Of a DNA stretch of 32,000 nucleotides, positions 26,803 through 32,000 are shown piece after piece. Numbering within the stretch: the stretch's first letter is position 1; every line of letters begins with the position of its first letter. Position numbers and translations under genes: made by a program. This stretch comes from Halorubrum ruber (lineage in GTDB: Archaea; Halobacteriota; Halobacteria; Halobacteriales; Haloferacaceae), in contig NZ_CP073695.1 in NCBI RefSeq assembly GCF_018228765.1, forward strand, positions 2,309,218 through 2,341,217, read 5' to 3'. Below the pieces are notes generated by a model. It saw only the letters and a list, made by a program, of their open reading frames with translations, was not told the origin of the DNA and searched no databases.

Positions 26803-27058
26803 CCTATTGGCTTTGTTGAAACGTTCTTCTTCAGAGATATTCTTGTCTGAAACGGCTGGTCGTTGAAAGGTACGAACTGTCCTAATTGCTCGGAGCATAG
26901 AACTAATATACAGCCCGTGGTACTCCGTTCTATGATAGGGTATGACGCCCTCGGCCCGCAGCAGATCATGATCCTCTTGCTTGGCGTCACGATGATTGTG
27001 ACTGGTGGAGCCGGTCTCCTCGGAGCCTTCTAACTGAGTTCACTGTATTGACCGATCC
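26803..27058 (+). repeat. About 250-bp direct repeat, copy 2 (hairpin motif copy C + promoter-like region + 33-aa ORF)
   Basis: Aligns with 21681-21932. Contains TTCAGA-N10-TCTGAA at 26830-26851. Confidence 0.8.
26932..27033 (+). CDS. Small hydrophobic peptide (33 aa), paralog 2
   Basis: MIGYDALGPQQIMILLLGVTMIVTGGAGLLGAF. See the paralog at 21807. Confidence 0.45.
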   Translation: MIGYDALGPQQIMILLLGVTMIVTGGAGLLGAF

Positions 27059-27181
27059 GTACTTCAGCTGTACTGAGCGAGTGAGGGAGCGAAACTATCA
27101 ACTGATGAGGGTTTCAACAAAGCATCTACGACTCTACTTTTGCTCGTGAGACCACTATCACAGCTTGATGAATATTACCCT

Positions 27182-27415
27182 ATGACAGAGATTCCGGTGA
27201 AACAACTTAGTGTAGGTATTGGTGGTGTAGCTCTCGTTGCTATGGCCGCGGGGGTTGTTTACCGATGGGCAATCCGCTCCGATCCCGGTGGCCCGTTCTC
27301 TGTTCTCCTTCCGATGGTCGGAACTACTGGTGCTGCCGCGTTGATCCTTCTCGGTGGTGGTTTGCTGGTAGCTATTAGCTGGCTGTTTGACCTGTTCTTC
27401 GATAATAGAATGTAG
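27182..27415 (+). CDS. Small membrane protein (77 aa, two predicted helices)
   Basis: ATG 27182 is preferred over the track's TTG 27140. Two hydrophobic segments are present. Confidence 0.5.
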   Translation: MTEIPVKQLSVGIGGVALVAMAAGVVYRWAIRSDPGGPFSVLLPMVGTTGAAALILLGGGLLVAISWLFDLFFDNRM

Positions 27416-27457
27416 CCTAGCCAAACCACTATGTAACAATCACTTCTTCTTTTGATT

Positions 27458-27901
27458 ATGACAGACCCTTCAGCGGCTCTCGGGCCACTCTCAAAGTTAG
27501 TGGACGGTGCGTCCGACTACTACGAGTTTTGGAAGGACTACAAGGGCGAGGAAATCCTAATTCGGACACACTCGGTCAACGTCGGCGGAATTGAATCAGG
27601 TGACAGAGGGAAGATCCGGCAGAACAGTCACATTATTCGAGGGACGGTGGCCGACGTTACATCCTTCCCCCCTGGTTTTCTTCTCGAAGATGTAGAGGAA
27701 TACGTGGAATTGAGTGATGTTTCTCTAATGTTCGGAATGGGGTCGCATAAGCCACAAGGGACAGCAGAAGGCGTCAAAGGCAAACAAACGCTCCGCAGGA
27801 TAGAGGAAAAATACGTCTCGTTTAATGCGATAGACGAATTGGAAACCGCCGAAGCCGCTGATTCAGCTACAGAGCCGTTCAGGGAAGACAAAGAGGATTA
27901 G
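27458..27901 (+). CDS. Hypothetical protein (147 aa)
   Basis: ORF from ATG 27458 (the track uses TTG 27452). No motif recognised. Confidence 0.5.
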   Translation: MTDPSAALGPLSKLVDGASDYYEFWKDYKGEEILIRTHSVNVGGIESGDRGKIRQNSHIIRGTVADVTSFPPGFLLEDVEEYVELSDVSLMFGMGSHKPQGTAEGVKGKQTLRRIEEKYVSFNAIDELETAEAADSATEPFREDKED

Positions 27902-28267
27902 CACTTCAGACTACTCGCATCACGATCGCCGAAGCAAGTGGAGACTCATATTCTTGCTATCGGTATGTTACCCTCGGTGGTGATCTGGCATGAGAAGTGG
28001 TTGATTGGTCGATATTCGAACTCCTATCTGGGCACTTTCAGCCAGATGCCCTTGCCCGCGAACGGAACAGAATAGAATGGTCAGGGAGCGATCCGCCAGC
28101 ACCCCAAGACGGGAACGCACGGGCCTCAACAGCAGCCCTACCGAACACCGGCACCCCCAGAAGCGGGCGAATCTGATTTTCTAGATCTGCCACGATCGTG
28201 TCTGAGAAGGCGCGACGAAGCATTTTGCAATATTTTATGTGGGGTGATCCCACGTCGACAAGTGCAT

Positions 28268-28648
28268 ATGACGAACGAAGACGACCCAGACGGATTCAAA
28301 GAAGACGAGGAGTTTTTTGAGACGCCATCGATGAGGGCGACAATCGAAACCATTCAACTCGGAGAGGGTATCTCACCGACGAGGATTCTAATCGAGATCT
28401 CCCACGAGAATGGGTCGACGAAAGATGCGACCGGTAGTGTTGAGCTTGTCAACCTCTGCCGACACGATGCCAGCGACGAGTATGACGAAGAGACTCGGGA
28501 GCTCGATTATAGTGACTTGGAGAGAGACCTACAGCTGCGAGTCGATGCTCTGATCAATTGGACTCGATTCGACAATTCCACCTCCGAATCCGAGGGCGAG
28601 TCTGACGCAGATGTATTAAAACGATATCACGGTCAGAGGGACAAGTGA
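28268..28648 (+). CDS. Hypothetical acidic protein (126 aa from ATG 28268)
   Basis: ORF with very acidic composition. An alternative start is at 28244. Confidence 0.5.
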   Translation: MTNEDDPDGFKEDEEFFETPSMRATIETIQLGEGISPTRILIEISHENGSTKDATGSVELVNLCRHDASDEYDEETRELDYSDLERDLQLRVDALINWTRFDNSTSESEGESDADVLKRYHGQRDK

Positions 28649-28654
28649 GATAGC

Positions 28655-28750
28655 TCGCGGGACAAGTGCGGACCGGATGCGGAGCGGCGGACCCCTACGG
28701 GATTGCGTCCTAAGTGCGGAGCGAATCCCTGTGTCGCATAACGCTACGCC
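28655..28750 (-). pseudogene. Degenerate, inverted tRNA-Leu(UAG)-derived fragment
   Basis: The minus strand reads GGCGTAGCG-[27 nt]-CTTAGGACGCAATCCCGTAGGGGTCCGCCGCTCCGCATCCGGTCC-[GCACTTGTCC]-CGCGA. This matches the intact tRNA from the D/anticodon-stem junction to the acceptor end. The T-loop (TCCGCAT vs TTCGAAT) and T-stem are broken. Confidence 0.6.
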
Positions 28751-28901
28751 GTGGATTACTTTTAAATAAACAGGGTGAGACACCCGCGATACAAGCAAAT
28801 CCGCGAGATACGAAATGGCTATAAGCGAGCGCAAAATATGCGCACACGGCGCGTTAGAGCCCTTGTGGTTGGCAATTAGGTGGCTCTGACCGCAAGAATA
28901 A

Positions 28902-28986
28902 GCGCGGGTTGCCGAGCCAGGCCAAAGGCGTAGCGCTTAGGACGCTATCCCGTAGGGGTCCGCCGGTTCGAATCCGGTCCCGCGCA
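28902..28986 (+). tRNA. tRNA-Leu (anticodon UAG), class II, no encoded CCA
   Basis: Manual fold. Acceptor GCGCGGG/CCCGCGC with discriminator A. Anticodon stem TAGCG/CGCTA with loop CTTAGGA. Long variable arm CCCGTAGGG. T arm GCCGG-TTCGAAT-CCGGT. Confidence 0.9.
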
Positions 28987-29051
28987 TACTGCCTCGAACG
29001 AACGTGAGAGGCATGTATGCGCGGATGAGCGAAGGGGCGGGACGGACCCGT

Positions 29052-29954
29052 TCACCACACGCTCCCGCGGTACTCGAGCCGCAGGTGGTCGGCCGTCTCC
29101 GGCGGGATCCCCATCTCCTCGAACATCCGCCGGAACGTCGCACGAACGTCGTCTTCCTCGAAGGATCGGGAAGCGCGCGTCTGGGCGTCGACCTCGACCC
29201 CGCCGTGGTAATCGAGGTGTACGCGGTAGGTGTACCCGTCGGCTTCGTGCGTGACGGTCGCCCGCGAGAGGACGAAGTCGATCCCGCCGAGCCGCTCCTC
29301 GCCCGCGTAGTACTCGCGAGCGTGTTGGCCGGTGCCCGGGAAGGAACGCTCCGTGACCGTCGTCGCGCGGGCGCTCAGCTCGTCGTACGTCGCGCGGAAC
29401 GCGACCGGCTCGTCGATCCGTACCTCCGGGGTGCCCGCTCCGGGCTCGGCGGGGTCAGCGGTGCGGACCTCCGCTCGGAGTTCCTCGACGTATCCCTCCG
29501 CGGTCGGCTCGTCCATCTCGAACAGCAGCGTGAGCCGATCGACGAGCCACGCTTCCGGCGGGAGGTCCTCGACGGTGAACTCGCCGCGGTTGTCGTCCGC
29601 GAAGACGGTCACGACGGTGACGCCCTCGTCCGCGTAGAAGGTGGCCCACAGCCGCTTCGTCTCCGAGTGGTCGAACGTGACCCTGAACGCCTCGTACTCC
29701 GGGCCCAGCTCGGCGTCGAGCTCGTCGATCCCCTCCGGGTGGAAGCCGCTGGACCCGACGCGCTCGACCGCGTACCCTGCCGCGCCGGCTCGGTCGAGCG
29801 TGTCCTCGTACGCGAGGTCCGACACGGTGACGCCGTCCGACGAGTACGACGCCACGTCGGATCCGATCAGGACCCCGCCGAAGACCGCGTACGCGGCGGC
29901 GACGACGATGACGGCCCCGACGATCGCGATCGCGGCCCAGCGGAGTACGTTCAT
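29052..29954 (-). CDS. Membrane-anchored/secreted acidic protein of unknown function (300 aa)
   Basis: N-terminal hydrophobic helix MNVLRWAAIAIVGAVIVVAAAYAVFGG, then an acidic domain. The overlapping + strand ORF is Arg-rich, as expected for an off-frame artefact. Confidence 0.7.
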   Translation of the reverse strand: MNVLRWAAIAIVGAVIVVAAAYAVFGGVLIGSDVASYSSDGVTVSDLAYEDTLDRAGAAGYAVERVGSSGFHPEGIDELDAELGPEYEAFRVTFDHSETKRLWATFYADEGVTVVTVFADDNRGEFTVEDLPPEAWLVDRLTLLFEMDEPTAEGYVEELRAEVRTADPAEPGAGTPEVRIDEPVAFRATYDELSARATTVTERSFPGTGQHAREYYAGEERLGGIDFVLSRATVTHEADGYTYRVHLDYHGGVEVDAQTRASRSFEEDDVRATFRRMFEEMGIPPETADHLRLEYRGSVW

Positions 29955-30069
29955 ACGTGTTGATACATCTCAGCCTCGTATAGCCCTGCCGGCGGTTCCC
30001 TCGCGGCGGCGACGGCCGCCGCCGCCGCCGAGTCGCGCTCGCCGAGTGACGCGTTCGAACGGGGTGCGG

Positions 30070-31089
30070 CTACGGCTCGCCCGCCGACACCCGAACCACC
30101 TGCTTGCCGATGTTGTCGCCCGAGAACAGGCCGAGGAAGGCGTCGGGCGCGTTCTCCAAGCCCTCCACGATCGTCTCGCGGTGTCCGAGTTCGCCGCTGG
30201 CGACCCACCGTCCGAGCCGCTCGCTCGCCTCGCCGAACCGGGTGGCGAAGTCGCTGACGAGCAGGCCCTGAACCGTCGCCCGCACCGGAATGAGCCCCGG
30301 GAGCTTCCGCGGGCCGGTCGGGACCTCCTCGTCGTTGTAGTGCGCGATCTGGCCGCAGACCGCGACGCGCGCGTCGAGGTTCAGCTTCGTGAACACGGCG
30401 TCGGTGATCGGCCCCCCGACGTTGTCGAAGTACACGTCGACGCCGTCGGGCGCCGCCTCGGCGAGCGCGGCGCGGTAGTCGTCGGTGGCCTTGTAGTTGA
30501 TCGCGGCGTCGAAGCCGAGGTCGTCGGTGAGCCAGTCGGTCTTCTCGTCGCTGCCGGCGAAGCCGACCACGCGGCAGCCGTTGCGTTTCGCGATCTGGCC
30601 GACGACCGAGCCGACCGCGCCGGCCGCGCCGGAGACGACGACCGTGTCGCCGGGCTTCGGCTCGCCGACTTCGAGGAGGCCGAAGTAGGCGGTCCGCCCG
30701 GGCATGCCGAGGACGCCGAGGTACGCCTCGGGGGCGGCGACGCTCGGGTCGACCGGCGCGACGTCGTCGGCGTCGAGGGTCGCGTAGTCGGCCCACTTGC
30801 CCTCGCCGGTCACGAGGTCGCCCGCGTCGTACGCGTCGCTCTCCGACTCGATCACTTCACCGACGACGCCGCCCTTGAGCGCGTCACCCACGTCCCACGG
30901 TTCCGCGTACGACTCGGCGTCGCGCATCCGGCCGCGCATGTACGGGTCGACCGAGAGGAACCGGGTGCGAACGAGGAGTTCGCCCGGCGCGGGGGCGGGG
31001 ACGTCCGTCTCGCGCAGTTCGAAGCTGTCCAAGTCGGGCTCGCCGGTCGGCCGCTCGGCGAGAAGCCACTCGCGGTTGGTGTTCGTCAC
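30070..31089 (-). CDS. NADP-dependent oxidoreductase, medium-chain dehydrogenase/reductase family (YncB/PTGR1-like, 339 aa)
   Basis: REWLLAERPTGEPDLDSFELRE..GELLVRTRFLSVDPYMRGRM and dinucleotide motif VVVSGAAGAVGSVVGQIAK. Confidence 0.85.
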   Translation of the reverse strand: MTNTNREWLLAERPTGEPDLDSFELRETDVPAPAPGELLVRTRFLSVDPYMRGRMRDAESYAEPWDVGDALKGGVVGEVIESESDAYDAGDLVTGEGKWADYATLDADDVAPVDPSVAAPEAYLGVLGMPGRTAYFGLLEVGEPKPGDTVVVSGAAGAVGSVVGQIAKRNGCRVVGFAGSDEKTDWLTDDLGFDAAINYKATDDYRAALAEAAPDGVDVYFDNVGGPITDAVFTKLNLDARVAVCGQIAHYNDEEVPTGPRKLPGLIPVRATVQGLLVSDFATRFGEASERLGRWVASGELGHRETIVEGLENAPDAFLGLFSGDNIGKQVVRVSAGEP

Positions 31090-31249
31090 GCTCCTCGTTG
31101 GCGGATGGAACGCAATAGGGTTTTGACGCGGGCAGGCGCCGTGGGGATCCGGAACCCGCGGCCCGCGCGGCGACGGCGGCCCCGCGAGGGCTCTCCGTCG
31201 CGCGGCGGGACCGACACGCGACCGCCGGGCCGCCCGCCGACGGAGCGCC

Positions 31250-31450
31250 TCACGCGACGGCGACGCCGTTGCGCGTGAGGTAGTCGCTCGCGGCCTTGAT
31301 CTCGACCGGACTGCCGATGATACGGTACTGTTCGGCCGTCTCGACGACGGTGACGGTGAAGCGGGATTCGAGGCACTCTCGGTGTCCGTCGAGCGCGCGG
31401 CGCGGGAGGACGATCTGCGTGCTGTCTCGGAGGCTCGACGGGTCTGGCAT
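31250..31450 (-). CDS. Small hypothetical protein (66 aa from ATG 31450)
   Basis: ORF MPDPSSLRDSTQIVLPRRALDGHRECLESRFTVTVVETAEQYRIIGSPVEIKAASDYLTRNGVAVA with plausible composition. The longer track start at 31510 is also possible. Confidence 0.45.
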   Translation of the reverse strand: MPDPSSLRDSTQIVLPRRALDGHRECLESRFTVTVVETAEQYRIIGSPVEIKAASDYLTRNGVAVA

Positions 31451-31651
31451 TCGGCGTGGGTTGGGATTATTCGGCGCCGATATAACCGTGTCGAAGTATC
31501 GGCGTTCCAACCACTCCTCCGGCGACGATCCGTCGGTTTGCGGAGGGCAGCCGGGCGGTTCGCGGAGCGTGGGCGGGCGGTTCGGTCCCCGCCGCCGGGC
31601 GGGCGGTTCGAAGGAACACCTTTAACGAGCCGACCGGCCGAGAAACGGGTA

Positions 31652-32000
31652 ATGGGACTGGAGGAGGAGATCGAAGACCTCCGCGAGGAGATCGCCGAGA
31701 CGCCCTACAACAAGTCAACGGAGGCTCACATCGGGCGCCTGAAGGCGAAGCTCGCGGAGAAGAAAGAGAAGCTGGAGAACCAGTCCTCCGCCGGCGGCGG
31801 CCACGGGTACGCGGTCGAGAAGCACGGCGACGCCACGGTCGCGTTGGTCGGGTTCCCGAGCGTCGGCAAGTCCACCCTCATCAACGCCCTCACCAACGCC
31901 GACAGCGAGGTGGGCTCCTACGAGTTCACGACGTTGGACGTCAACCCGGGCATGCTGCAGTACCGCGGCGCGAACATCCAGATCCTCGACGTGCCGGGGC
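31652..32000 (+). CDS. DRG/Obg-family GTP-binding protein, 3'-partial (runs off the window)
   Basis: My own translation is MGLEEEIEDLREEIAETPYNKSTEAHIGRLKAKLAEKKEKL..VALVGFPSVGKSTLINALTNADSEVGSYEFTTLDVNPGML..ILDVPG, with G1 and G3 motifs of the DRG family. TTTAAC box lies about 27 nt upstream. Confidence 0.85.
   Translation, partial: MGLEEEIEDLREEIAETPYNKSTEAHIGRLKAKLAEKKEKLENQSSAGGGHGYAVEKHGDATVALVGFPSVGKSTLINALTNADSEVGSYEFTTLDVNPGMLQYRGANIQILDVPG

Larger units (their letters stand above)
3400..28650. mobile_element. AT-richer accessory island (mosaic; interrupted by the GC-rich preQ0 cassette at about 9.1-11.95 kb) abutting tRNA-Leu
   Basis: Abrupt by-eye composition shifts near 3400 and 28650. 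Carries a serine recombinase, an HNH endonuclease and defence-type genes, with an adjacent tRNA gene plus a tRNA-derived fragment. Terminal repeats are not convincingly identified, so the boundaries are approximate. Confidence 0.5.

Noticed and set aside
28038-28253. 71-aa minus-strand ORF in the GC-richer stretch 28040-28170.
   Set aside because: No motif was recognised and the composition is unconvincing. It may be a gene remnant. It is noted only because it contains one of the palindrome copies.
30015-30029. (GCC)5 microsatellite in the intergenic region between the two core genes.
   Set aside because: It is a short low-complexity run, expected in GC-rich DNA, with no evidence of function.
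29004-31278. Long + strand ORFs (29004-29963, 29641-31278) and the minus-strand ORF 29951-30796 in the GC-rich core.
   Set aside because: Their translations are dominated by Arg/Pro/Ala/Gly runs, typical of off-frame reading in very GC-rich DNA. They overlap ORFs with convincing motifs or acidic composition (29052-29954 and 30070-31089, both on the minus strand).
31249-31279. Imperfect palindrome CTCACGCG-ACGGCG-A-CGCCGT-TG-CGCGTGAG overlapping the stop of the 31250-31450 gene.
   Set aside because: It could form a hairpin, but it lies within or at a coding end in very GC-rich DNA where such palindromes are frequent. Archaeal termination does not require hairpins, and there is no supporting repeat elsewhere.
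1-32000. Search for CRISPR arrays, rRNA genes, IS transposases and tyrosine integrases.
   Set aside because: No regularly spaced short repeats, no rRNA-like sequence, and no DDE-transposase or R..HxxR..Y integrase motifs were seen in any listed ORF.

Overview
The sequence looks haloarchaeal: predicted proteins are acidic, TATA-like boxes sit about 25 nt upstream of apparently leaderless ATGs, and the right end is a very GC-rich core. All functional calls come from motif recognition by eye; no searches were run. By eye the window is a compositional mosaic of five parts. (i) 1-3.4 kb is a GC-rich plasmid/provirus-type replication module with a UvrD-like helicase and an AEP PrimPol. (ii) 3.4-9.1 kb is an AT-richer operon encoding a 52-aa protein, a DndD/SspC-like SMC ATPase, a 160-aa protein and a DUF262-DUF1524 (GmrSD/SspE-like) nuclease. 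(iii) 9.1-11.95 kb is a GC-rich preQ0 cassette, yhhQ divergent from queD-queE-queC. (iv) 11.95-28.65 kb is AT-richer accessory DNA. It contains a ghost queC 3' end, an RHH regulator and the most interesting locus: an SF2 helicase divergent from a four-gene operon (CSxTK/DUF6884-like protein, TGT/DpdA-like protein, GHKL ATPase, TGT-DUF5591 ArcS-like fusion). Downstream lie a serine recombinase, an HNH endonuclease, membrane proteins, Zn-ribbon/TRAM/PadR genes, a four-member family of hairpin-containing intergenic repeats and two paralogous 33-aa hydrophobic peptide genes. (v) 28.65-32 kb holds tRNA-Leu(UAG) with an inverted degenerate copy beside it, then GC-rich core genes (membrane-anchored protein, MDR oxidoreductase, small protein, DRG GTPase). 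My main hypothesis is that modules ii-iv together form an archaeal, Dpd-like 7-deazaguanine DNA modification/restriction island whose gene content I do not recognise from described systems.
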